DNA of 64,000 nucleotides from Eledone cirrhosa (lineage: Eukaryota). A program made the position numbers and the translations under genes. Location of the stretch: positions 86,986,001 to 87,050,000 of the forward strand of contig OZ024747.1 in NCBI GenBank assembly GCA_964016885.1, in the 5' to 3' direction. Shown here piece after piece: positions 12,369-27,260 of the stretch (position 1 is the stretch's first letter; each line of letters opens with the position of its first letter). The notes beneath the pieces were generated by a model. That model worked only from the letters and a program-made list of their open reading frames with translations. It had not been told where the DNA came from and made no database searches.

Positions 12369-12370
<2 letters not shown>
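12106..12370 (+). mobile_element. PLE pseudo-LTR 3' end of the same family as 6310-6460, with decayed hammerhead
   Basis: gtattgagaaccttacttactgtgcttaccccgattgaacccg matches the reverse complement of ~6320-6366; core CTGGTGA...TAAAcag at 12283-12308. Confidence 0.7.
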
Positions 12371-12400
<30 letters not shown>

Positions 12401-12411
12401 AGATATGGGAA

Positions 12412-12475
<64 letters not shown>

Positions 12476-12624
12476 GTAAGAAACACAGTAAACCGTGTGT
12501 CTAAAATTACAAGGGTTGAAAAACCACATATGCTTGAAATATTTAACCAAGAAACAGACAGAATGACAAAATGAAAATAAAAATATATTATCATAATAAT
12601 ACAAACCGCCTCAATAACCATTAT

Positions 12625-12706
12625 ATCTCTCGGACAGATTATCCCTAATCTGTTTCGCCCTGAGTGTGTTTGTAACAGATAATCCTGGGCTTCATCAGCG
12701 AGAGAT
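12625..12706 (-). ncRNA. Type I hammerhead ribozyme with long stems
   Basis: atctctcg CTGATGA a gccc...gggc GAA acagatta-ggga-taatctgt C cgagagat; 8-bp stems I and III; lies in a TA-flanked module at ~12478-12912. Confidence 0.9.
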
Positions 12707-12906
12707 TGCGATTAAATGTCACAAACACTATTTGCCAACGTTCACACAGAAAGATGAATTTATCACCTCGTGCTCCGCCAGTCAAACGTGGTAAGCGCGT
12801 ATTGAACAGAAATAACAGTCCAACACGCACAACTTAATAGCTCAACTTGTAAGGGAGCAGAAATATATATATATGAATTAGAACCCTGTAACCATTAAGC
12901 TCTAAG

Positions 12907-12973
<67 letters not shown>

Positions 12974-13291
12974 TGTGTGTGTGTGTGAGTGTGTGTGTGC
13001 TTGCTTGCGTATGGTTGTGCATTGCATCCAACGTTTATTATCGTCTCCCTAGTTAGTGGTGTTTATTGTTGAATGTGTATTGCAACCCTTATGGCGCAGG
13101 TGTAGCTACCGACATGGTAATTAAACTTTTCATACAGATGCACGAACACACATATACTAATACACATAACATACGCACATATATGTACATCTTTGTGTGT
13201 ATCAATATATATCTCATTTGATATTCCTCTGTGGTCTAAATGTATGTTGTTTTACCGAATGATAATATTATTATTAATATTATTATTATTG

Positions 13292-13328
<37 letters not shown>

Positions 13329-13912
13329 CTTTTACGCGTGTGGATGATCAAATATTTTTATCTTAGAAAAATGGAAATATGGCACTTCGACGTGTGAGTA
13401 GCAGCTTTACAGCATTATTCTACTTTATTGTAGGTGCTACTAATAGATATATTATATGTAACTGTTTCTTGGATATTGGCCACAAGGACATATTTCATTA
13501 CATAGGCGGTAAAGTCATTAGGGCATCAAATTAAATGTCTTGCTATTTGTTCTGGATCACTGTACCCTGAGTTCAAATACTTTCCGAAGTCAACTTTGCT
13601 TTTCATCTATTCGAGGTCGATAAATAAAGTACCAGCCCAGGGGGAATGTATTAACGGAATTGTTAAACATTTGGACGAGATTGACATTGTGTTACTGAAC
13701 CACTGACATATATCATATAAGTTATAGTCGATTGAATTTACGACATAAGTGAAACTTAATCTATCCATTTTATTTTCTTAAACCCGTAACTCCTGGTGGT
13801 GTCGTAGGGACGGCATAGTGGCATATCATGTCTCGTGTTCAGTTTAAAGCCTGACGAAGCCCATCTACTCCTCAGGTGTGAACATAGCCAATATCTTCCA
13901 GGGAGAGAGGGT

Positions 13913-17480
<3,568 letters not shown>

Positions 17481-18443
17481 AGAAGAGATGGAGAAGAGAA
17501 AAGTTGACCCCCAGAACTGGCCTGGTACTTTCTTTCATCTACCTTGAAATGATGAAATTTGAATCCAGCGAAATTTGGATTTAAAGTGCAGAGGGCCGGA
17601 ATGGATACCGCAAAGTATTTTATTCGACGTTCTAATGATTCTGCCAATTTGTCACCTTATAATTTACCCATTACAGAAGTGTAAAATAAAGTCGATTTTA
17701 GCGAGAGTTGAACTCAGGACACACAAAGGATATATAAGTAATACAAACTGTTTAATTCAACTTTCTATTCTTTCTAACACTCACACATCAACAATAAAAC
17801 AATGACAAGGAGCTGTAGTAATAAAAAAGAAACTCAAAAAGCAAGGGAAAACTTTATAGTAAATGTTATATTAACACGCAGAAAACTTTTATGCTTGCGT
17901 TATTCATATTTTGTTTCATATTCCCTATTTCCATGCACACGTTTTAAAGAAATATGACATTTTTTCCCCAACGACATGTGAAATGAAACAGAAAAATTTA
18001 AGCAAGCATACCACAGGGAAATATGCTGATATCTTTCTAAAAGAAACCCCGAAAAATCAATAAAAAACGTTTTTAGATATCGTTACTTCTCTTTATCAGA
18101 TATACTTCATTTTTTAAGCAGGTTAGTTAAACTTTGAAATTTTTTTTACACCCCAAAAACTTTTAAGTAGTATGATAATCATATATTAAGCACGATATAT
18201 TTCAATAATAATAATAACAACAGTAACAATGATTATTAATATTACTATTTAACCATTGAGGGGAATTACATTCAATTCTATTCATACATAGAATTACATG
18301 AAACGTCAAAAACTATGGGGTTACAAAGTTATGTAAGAAAATATGAATGAGAGGACATGATATATGAACGACGGAGGTATGTGTGTAAGCATGTTATATA
18401 CCATGAATTCATTTAGGATTCTATTTGTAAACATAATGGATAT

Positions 18444-18545
18444 AGGCGCAGGCATAGCTGTGTGGTTAACGCGTTTGCTTCACAAACAAGTGGCTCTGTA
18501 TTCTGTTCTACTGCATGGCACCTTCGTCAGGTGTCTTCTACATCT
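18444..18545 (+). mobile_element. tRNA-derived SINE head (relatives at ~31487, ~33796, ~53069 plus; ~35210-35325, ~41010-41120, ~52110-52230 minus)
   Basis: ggcgcaggcatagctgtgtggttaa A-box-like head followed by ggcacc..gtgtcttcta; recurs through the window. Confidence 0.65.
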
Positions 18546-18872
18546 TTGGATTATATGAAAGAGGTTAGCCGTAGAAGCCTGTAGTATATATATATATATA
18601 TCAAAGGTATATATTGAATTAGAAACTCAAAATAGTCTCTTATAATTAAATAGCTCAAAGAAAGAGGCCTTTCCGAGCCATGTAATATAATTGAATATAA
18701 AAGAGAGATAAACACAGATATAAACATAGATGTGTTCAAATCGTAAGAGACCAGATTCGCTAGGGTGAAAAGATGCTAACTATTAACAATATGGTTTTCC
18801 AGACTCAATTTAATATAATAAATCAAGAAAAAGATAAACAAACCTATAGTGGGCAACTGCCGGAACACCCAG

Positions 18873-18952
<80 letters not shown>

Positions 18953-19179
18953 TGGGTGTTATATATATATATATATAGGCGTAAATGTAAAATCAGGACA
19001 CCAGTAGTCTGGCTGAACTTATCAAGTTGATAAGTTCAGTCAAACTACTGCGTTAGTTCAGAACTAGCCGACTCTTTTCCTATTACCCACTCTACTACCT
19101 ACAATATCGAGTACTCTGGTGCGTTATGGTCCACCTGGTTCCTTACCACACTTCCTTCGTGTGTATATATATATATATA

Positions 19180-19858
19180 TGAAAAAAGTTTGTCCTTCAT
19201 CAGTGATCTTCCAACCATCATAGGCATTTCATCGCTTTAAAGACCATATACCTCCTGTTGGTGCGAGCAACGGCTAAAAAAAGTCGTTGGGACACGTAAA
19301 TAAAGGGGACGCGAGGGTAAACAAACAAAATGGTGAAGCAACAGAAAGCAGCAGTCTCTCTCTCTGTTAGCCTCTTCCTCACCCTTCACTCACTCATTCT
19401 CTGTCACTACTTCTCCTCCTCCTCTTTCTTCCCGTTTGACCTGTGAGTAATTCTTTTCTCTCGCATTCTCGGCCAAGCTGGTCGGAATTTTTTCTCTCTC
19501 TCGTCTACGATTTCACAGAACTTATGTTTACCGAATTCGCAGACCAGACCCCTTCTTCCTCCCGTTAGACCTGTGCGAAATTCCTTCCTTGCTCACATTT
19601 CAACCAGGTTTGATGGTCTTTATTCTCTCGTTCACGATTTCACCGAACTTAAATTCATAGAAATCTGGGACGTGTCTCTTTCTTCCTCACTTTCTGTTGC
19701 TTCACCATTGTGTTTGTTTACCCTCGCGTCCCCTTTATTTACGTGTCCCAACGACTTTTTTTAGCCGTTGCTCGCACCAACCGGAGGTATATGGTCTTTA
19801 AAGCGATGAAATGCCTATGATGGTTTGAAGATCACTGATGAAGGACAAACTTTTTTCA
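19180..19858. mobile_element. MITE/foldback element with ~169 bp TIRs, TA-flanked
   Basis: 19180-19348 is the near-perfect reverse complement of 19690-19858; TA|TGAAAAAAG...CTTTTTTCA|TA. Confidence 0.88.
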
Positions 19859-20291
19859 TATGTAACCCATTTGCAACTCCGCAGCGCCCTTATTATCATA
19901 TATATATATATATAGGGTTTGTAAGGTCTAGTTACTACATGTTCACCAGAGTTGGGCCAGTTCGATACAGATCGACCCTTGAGCAGATCAATAGCGAAAC
20001 GCGTGTCACTACTCAATAAAGGTAATGAAGACATAATAAATCTTCCTTTTTTATTATTATCATTATTAGTGTGTGCGTGTGTGAAGTTTTCTTCGCATAC
20101 CTTACAACTAAATACAACAAGCATGGCGACTGGCTAATGACTGAAACTAGTTAAATAATAAATTATACGTAATAATAATTAACTATAACGAAAATAGACG
20201 TAATTATTTTTCAAAGATATCTCCACCACCACAACTGTATTTAGTGCAATCATTATTTATTTATTACAAATTTGAACATAGGAGCAGCAAC

Positions 20292-20343
<52 letters not shown>

Positions 20344-20829
20344 AAGAGAAAGAGAGAGAGAGAGAGTCAGAGAGAGAGTGCGTATATCTTAAATAGGGAC
20401 AAAGGATGAGAGTATGCGCATGCTTGCGCGTCCGTGTGTATAGGTGTATGTGTTAGAAAGGGAGTGAGAGTGCTGATTTTTATAAGAGTGATAAAGAGTA
20501 CAGTTGTGTACGAAAGAGAGTGTATGTATAAATGAGAGAGTGAGAGAGAATAGTTTGGGTATGTACGAGAGTGTATGTGGAAAGTACAAATTAGGAAAGG
20601 TTTTAAATCATTTTAGATTTAAGTTCATTTGATCCTCGTTCATTTATGATTGTTGTTATGATGATGATCATCATCATCAGTTTCTTCATCTACTACTACT
20701 CCCGTAGAAGGTCTTTACAAGGCTAATCTAAGATTTTACATTTACGCCTATATTTATTCACTCTAAAACACTTAATTATCGTCTAATTATCGTCTTATAC
20801 TCAGTCAACTCTATCTCCACCTTGCAAAG

Positions 20830-22075
20830 AACACCAGCAACAACACCACCACCATGACACCAAAACAGCAACAACACCACCACCATGACACCAAAACACC
20901 AACATCACCACCACCATGACACCAAAACAGCAACAACACCACCACCATGACACCAAAACACCAACAACACCACCACCATGACACCAAAACACCAACATCA
21001 CCACTCCACCAAAACAACACCATCACCACTCCACCAAAACACCAACATCAACACCACCATGACACCAAAACACCAACATCACCACCACCATGACACCAAA
21101 ACACCAACATCACCACCACCATGACACCAAAACAGCAACAACACCACCACCATGACACCAAAACAGCAACAACACCACCACCATGACACCAAAACAGCAA
21201 CAACACCACCACCATGACACCAAAACACCAACATCACCACCACCATGACACCAAAACAGCAACAACACCACCACCATGACACCAAAACACCAACAACACC
21301 ACCACCATGACACCAAAACACCAACATCACCACCACCATGACACCAAAACAGCAACAACACCACCACCATGACACCAAAACACCAACAACACCACCACCA
21401 TGACACCAAAACACCAACATCACCATGACACCAAAACAACACCATCACCACTCCACCAAAACACCAACATCAACACCACCATGACACCAAAACACCAACA
21501 ACACCACCACCATGACACCAAAACAGCAACAACACCACCACCATGACACCAAAACAGCAACATCAACACCACCACTCCACCAAAACAACAACATCACCAT
21601 GACACTAAAACAGCAACAACACCACCACCATGACACCAAAACAGCAACAACACCACCATGACACCAAAACAGCAACAACACTACCACCATGACACCAAAA
21701 CAGCAACATTATCACCATCACTCCACCAAAACAGCAACAACACCACCACCACTCCACCAAAACAGCAACAACACCACCACCACTCCACCAAAACAGCAAC
21801 AACACCACCACCATGACACCAAAACACCAACATCAACACCACCATGACACCAAAACACCAACATCACTACTCCACCAAAACAACATCACAACCACCATGA
21901 CATCAAAACAGCCATATCACCACCACCACTCCACCAAAAGAGCAACATTATCACCATCACTCCATAAAAACAGCAACAACACCACCACCATGACACCAAA
22001 ACAGCAACATCAACACCACCATGACACCAAAACAGCAACAACACCACCTCCACTCCACCAAAACAGCAACATTAT
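20830..22075. repeat. 31-bp minisatellite, roughly 40 degenerate units
   Basis: Unit atgacaccaaaacagcaacaacaccaccacc. Confidence 0.93.
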
Positions 22076-22362
22076 CACCGCCACGCTATCAATGCCATCA
22101 ATACCATCAACACAAGCATCCTCACTAACAACAACAGCAACAACATCACTATCAAAATTGCTATCACCATCATCATCACCCTCCACCCCAACCAGCAACA
22201 ATATCAACAACACCGAAGTTAGATCGATAAAATAAGTACGAGAATTAAAAAAAATATTTGGTTTAGTAAAAGTCTATCTAAGACTGTGCCTCACAATGGT
22301 CACAGTCTAATGACTGAAACTAGTAAAAGAAATAAAAGACAAATAGAAGAATCGTTATAAGA

Positions 22363-23343
22363 AAGTGGCGGACTGAGTCTAAAAATATTGGTCGCCAGGA
22401 GATGAAGGGGGCCCACCTACATCTAGAATGCTATCATTTAATTTTTGTAATGAATAAATATCATTTTCGAAAAATACATAAGTGGAAACAAAACAGTGGG
22501 ATCAAATTTTTGCGGAAAAATATCTTACGCGAAATCCAGAGACTTTCAATAATGACCAGAAGTCGACCCTAAATATTACTAATAGCTCTAGGAAAGCTAT
22601 GAACGACAGCACATCTTTTAACATTGATTTTGAAAGTAGGTTTATAATTATCAATTTTCATTATACTTTTGTAGCTGACTCGGTGGCCTAGTTGGGTGAA
22701 CCTGGTCTGAAGTTCGATCCTAGTCGGGAGTAGGGTTCCCGGTAAACCTTTTCAGTTTTTTCTATTTGTTGTAAAATAAAAACTGAAAAGGGTTACATGT
22801 ACCTCTTGACCAGGATTGAACCCTTGACCAGGATTGAACCCAAGGCCAGTATCTCCACCGTCTCTAGTACCTACCGCTAGGCCACAGATACAACTGCGAA
22901 AATTTTATTGAAAATTCATACTTATAAACCTACTTTCAAAATGTTCAAAACAAAGTGTTGCGGTGTCGTTCATGTCTTTCTTAATGTTATTGCTCCTACT
23001 TAAGGTCGACTTCTAAATCATTTGGGTGTTCCATAAACTGCATCATCGTTTTGTTTCTCATCTGTCTAGACTACATTTTAACCTGTAATCCATGTTTCAT
23101 TTCTGTTCCACCTCGTTTCTCTCCTCTCCTTGGTTGACCAAATGCTTTGTTTAAGTGTTTTATTTTATTTTTTTTATTTTATGTTATTCTTTCTCTTAGA
23201 TTTCAGATATTTGTTTTAAAGCAAAGCATTGGCCCGTAAAATACTACGGTGGGCCCTGCAATGCTACTGTGGGCTCTAGCAATGCTACTGTGGGCCCCCT
23301 GGGGCCCCACTTGCCTTTGGGCAACCTGACCAGTCCGCCACTG
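22363..23343. mobile_element. Non-autonomous DNA transposon, hAT-like termini, containing a nested foldback
   Basis: agtggcggactg (22364-22375) / cagtccgccactg (23331-23343), subterminal gggccc repeats; no clear 8-bp TSD. Confidence 0.55.
22551..23022. repeat. Imperfect ~470 bp palindrome with a tRNA-like A/B box in each arm
   Basis: ttttgaaagtaggtttataa / ttataaacctactttcaaaa; agaagtcgacc / ggtcgacttct; ccttttcagtttt / aaaactgaaaagg. Confidence 0.8.
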
Positions 23344-23517
23344 ACATCAACAACATATATACATACACACACACATATATATATATTGCTATCCTGAATA
23401 TTCTTGGTCATGTTTTGAGATGTCTCATTGGAAATTGAAAATGTAGGATGGAAGCAGAGGTGAGATGGAGAAAATAAAATAAATTCTGCTCTGAAATGAA
23501 AACGTCATCAGCCACAG

Positions 23518-23780
23518 CAGTGGTAGTAGTAGTGGTGGTGGTGATGGTTGTGATGGTGATGGTGGTGATGGTGATGGTGGTGGTGATGGTGATGGTGGTG
23601 ATGGTGGTGGTGATGGTGGTGGTGATGGTGATGGCAGTAGTGGTGGTGGTGGTGGTGGTGGTGGTAGTGGTGGTGGTGATGGTGGTGGTAGTGGTGGTGG
23701 TGATGGTGGTAGTAGAAGCGGTGATGGTTGTAGTGGTGATGGTGGTGCTGGTGGTGATATTGTGATGATGGTGGTGCTGG
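23518..23780. repeat. (GGT/GAT)n trinucleotide repeat
   Basis: Seen directly. Confidence 0.95.
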
Positions 23781-24109
23781 CAACAACAACAATAATAACA
23801 AAAACAAAAACAAAAATATAAATATTTCCAATAACAAAAAAGACAACAATCTCATTAACAATAATCATAACTCATATACTGGAAACAAACGCTGCAATAA
23901 CAAGAACAACATGGCAGCAATCATAGTTAGGCACAATGGCAAGATTAGTGTTTAAAGTATCAACACTATCAACAGCTCAAAAACAAGATGTTGAAGAAGT
24001 TTAAGGAAAAGACGTTCACTAAGTATGACTTCCAGCATTGAAGGAAATGAAGCAGTTCTCCTCTGCACTTGCTGTCGGAACGTCATGGAATAGCACTTTT
24101 CATCATAAA

Positions 24110-24420
24110 CGTTCTTTGGGTGTACTTGGACTAGGTAATGTCGAGCTCCTCCGCAAGATCGGAGCGTCGGTGGCCCGTTTGAGGAGGGAACCCCGCGAGG
24201 TTGGGTGGCTGTTACAGCGGGTGTCACTGGCCATCGTCCGCGGGAAGGCTTTTGCTGTCTTGTCCGCGGGGTGCAGCACGTCTGCCCTCAGCCCAAAACC
24301 CAATCGCCCCCTCCCCTCTCTGCGACACCAGAGCTCTTGCCATCCCCTTCCCGTCCTTTTTCTTTCTTTCTCCTTTTTCTCTATATTTCCCTATTCTTTC
24401 TTTCCTTTCCCTTTATATTA
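24110..24420 (+). mobile_element. 3' fragment of a CRE-like (restriction-like endonuclease) non-LTR element
   Basis: SLGVLGLGNVELLRKIG..REPREVGWLLQRVSLAIVRGKAFAVL resembles the CRE C-terminal (E)TLG..LFQRISxAIQRGNA motif. Confidence 0.6.
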
Positions 24421-24539
24421 TTGCCGTCATTACAGTGATCATCATTATAATATCTACATAGACACATGTCTACATGCACGTCCTTATGTGCGCGTGTCTA
24501 TACATATATACATACATACAAACACACACATACATTAAA

Positions 24540-25052
24540 TATTCTGAGTTCAAATCCCGCCGAGGTTAACTTTGCCTTTCATCCTTACGGGGGACGATAA
24601 AATAAAGTACCAGTCACACACAGGGGTCGATATAATCGACTTTCCCTCTCCCCCGAAATTGCTGACCTTGTGCCTAAATGAGAAACCATCGTTATTATTA
24701 TTATGGGCGGTGAATTGGCAGTATCGGTAGAGGGTTGGACGCCATGCTTTCTAGCATAGTTACGTCCCTTTACGGTTTGAGTTCAAATCCCGTTGAGGTT
24801 AACTTTGCCTTTCATCCTTACGGGGGTCAATAAAATAAAGCACCAGTAATTGCTGGCCTTGAGCCAAGTGTAGAAACAATTATTCGGACGCCATGCTTTG
24901 ACGCATAGAGTTACGGCCCTTGCCATTCTGAGTTCAAATCCTGCCGAGGTTAACTTTGCCTTTCATCCTTACGGGAGTCGATAAAATAAAGTACCAGTAA
25001 TGTACTGGGTAATTGCTGGCCTTGTGCCAATAGTAGAAACAATTATTATTAT
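24540..25052 (+). mobile_element. Three tandem SINE copies (family also at ~13500-13640, 27447-27630, 27726-27930, 27945-28110, 43526-43705 plus; ~17500-17650, 30700-30860, 58400-58490 minus)
   Basis: Shared core gagttcaaatcccgccgaggttaactttgcctttcatccttacggg...ataaaataaagtaccagt with B-box GAGTTCAAATCC and (ATT)n tail. Confidence 0.85.
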
Positions 25053-25919
25053 TCCAGAACTAAACTTCGCCACCAGAGTAGATTTCCTTTCTGTTCTTAC
25101 GGTGACGATGAAATATAGTAACTAATGTATTCGATTGACCCTTTAACAAAATAAATTATATGTATTGACAGAGAGATGTTGTTTATACTTTGCTGGAATT
25201 CAAATATTTGCCAGATAATAATAATCCATATGGGCTGGAGCGTAAACATAGGTATATAATAAACAATGTTATTGTGCTGACCTGCGTTCACAAGATGCGC
25301 ATGTAATAATTTGAAATAATAAGACCCGAAGATAGATTGACGTATCAGCGCTTAATCTATACATATATAAAACTGTCTGTCTGTCTGTGTGTGTGTGCGT
25401 CCTCATTTTTTGCAAAGTCTATACAAAACCACATTTCTATTCCGATTGACTTCAAACTTACATTTATATATTCCTTGCGGTCTAAAGATATTAACTGCAG
25501 CTTTTATTTTTCAATTTTCTGTTGTTGAAGGGGTGTTAGGCGCCGGTTATCGATCTCCGTCGCGCCCTTATAATATCTGTCTGTATGTTTGCATTACAAC
25601 ATTATGACAAACATTGATGACGAATTATGTTCGCTATTTTCCGTTCATTGCCAGGGAACGTCTTCACGAACCAAAGTATCGTCTTCCTGTTTTCCTTCGG
25701 CTGCAACGTTTTTCGAAATATTTACTTCTGCGTTCACAGATTGATTTTTTTAGTTTCAGAAGATCCCATTAAGGGTGAAAGCAGCGATTCTTTGCTTAAA
25801 CTTTAATCTGTTATTTTAATATATAATATAAGCAAGCAATAATTTCTTTATTGGCCCTCAAGGGCTCACATATAGAGAACAATACAAAAAGACAGGGACT
25901 TGGCAAACAAATCGTGTAA

Positions 25920-26170
25920 AAAAAATAACAAAAACGAAAATTTCGGCTGAAGCTATCGGTCTTTCGCAGTGCTCAGCCTCGGTCGTCGAGAGACGCGGTA
26001 GACCGTCGAGGTAGGGACCGAAATCCGCTAGCGTCTCCGACCCCTTCAAACTCCGCTCCCTCCGAAAAGCCGAGCAAAGTGCTGGTGAAAGGCCTCAATA
26101 CATCTGCCTGGAATCGTTCTGCTCGCTCTCGTCTCGGTCCGTCAAAGACCGAATTGTGGTTTAGTTACTA
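25920..26170 (-). mobile_element. L1/Tx1-like LINE fragment (same family as 48470-49100)
   Basis: FGPYLDGLPRLSTTEAEHCERPIASAEI; nucleotide similarity to 48690-48880. Confidence 0.65.
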
Positions 26171-26559
26171 CGCAACTGAAAGTTTATTAACTGAAACCAA
26201 TGAAAGAATAGATATATTTCTGACGGTCCAGTAATTTCAATATGTTCCACTTCTTACAGATGGAATTTATTGACGGAAGAGTGGAGCTGGGATAAAACGC
26301 TGAAAATAAATTGAGCCGAAAGAGTAAATGTACTCAACAGATATTTAATGCTTCTCTTGTCTCATGGAATTTTTACATCAATAACAGACATCGCTTCTTC
26401 TTTAAACGATGCCACGCAACAGATATTCCCATTAAGAGAGGTCACATACAATAAAGGCCATTAAAAGGACGTCACGAGGAAATATAATACGCTCCTTGAC
26501 GACAATAAACTAACTCAGTCTTGGCAGTTGGGCGTTTATGTTTGAAATACCTGCTGTCG

Positions 26560-27260
26560 AAATAAACAGACAGTCATAGCTAGATAGATGGATACGTAGA
26601 GAGAGAGCGAGTAGGAACATAAAGACAGATACAAGGAGTGAGAGAGTGAGAGAAATCGTTAGATAGATGTATAGAGGTAGGTACACAGAGAAATAAAGAG
26701 AGATAGAGATGAATAGATAGATACATAGAAGGAGAGATAAAGGTAGAGAGAGAGAACGAAAGAGAGTTAGATAGAGATAGATATGTAGATGGGAGATAAA
26801 GAGAGATACAGGGGGAGATGGTAGAAATAGATAAGTTGGTATAGAGAAAGAGGGATATAAGATAGATAGAGGCAGAGAGATAGCTAAATAGAGATAGACA
26901 AATAGCAAGACGAAGAGAAAAATAAAGTTAGAGGGAGAGAGAGTTGGAGAGAGAGCTAAAGAAATAGGTAGGTAGAGAGACAATAGATAACAAGGGAGGT
27001 AGATAGATTGAGAGAGAGGAGGAGAGATAGGGGGAGGAAAAGAAAATAGAAGAAATGCAAATATAAGAAGGAAGAGAAAGTGGCTGGAAAAGAAATGGAA
27101 AATTACAAAGATGACAGAGAAAGAGCTGAGAAATATTAAAATGTATGAGCGAGAGACAGGAAGGAATAGATAGAGAGAGAAATAAAGAGAGATAGAGAAA
27201 TAAATAAAGAGAGAGGAAGAGAGAAAAAGATACAGAGAGTGAAATAGTCAGATAGGTAGA
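26560..27260. repeat. Purine-rich degenerate (GA)n/(GATA)n tract
   Basis: Seen directly. Confidence 0.85.

Noticed and set aside
19800-19850. GAAA...CTGATGA in the MITE arm as a type II hammerhead
   Set aside because: Stems II and III cannot be formed convincingly.
20801-22235. Cys/Trp- or His/Thr-rich ORFs; CRISPR-like periodicity
   Set aside because: 31-bp minisatellite without unique spacers, in eukaryotic context.
23425-23868. Poly-His/Pro/Val ORFs
   Set aside because: Trinucleotide repeat translation.
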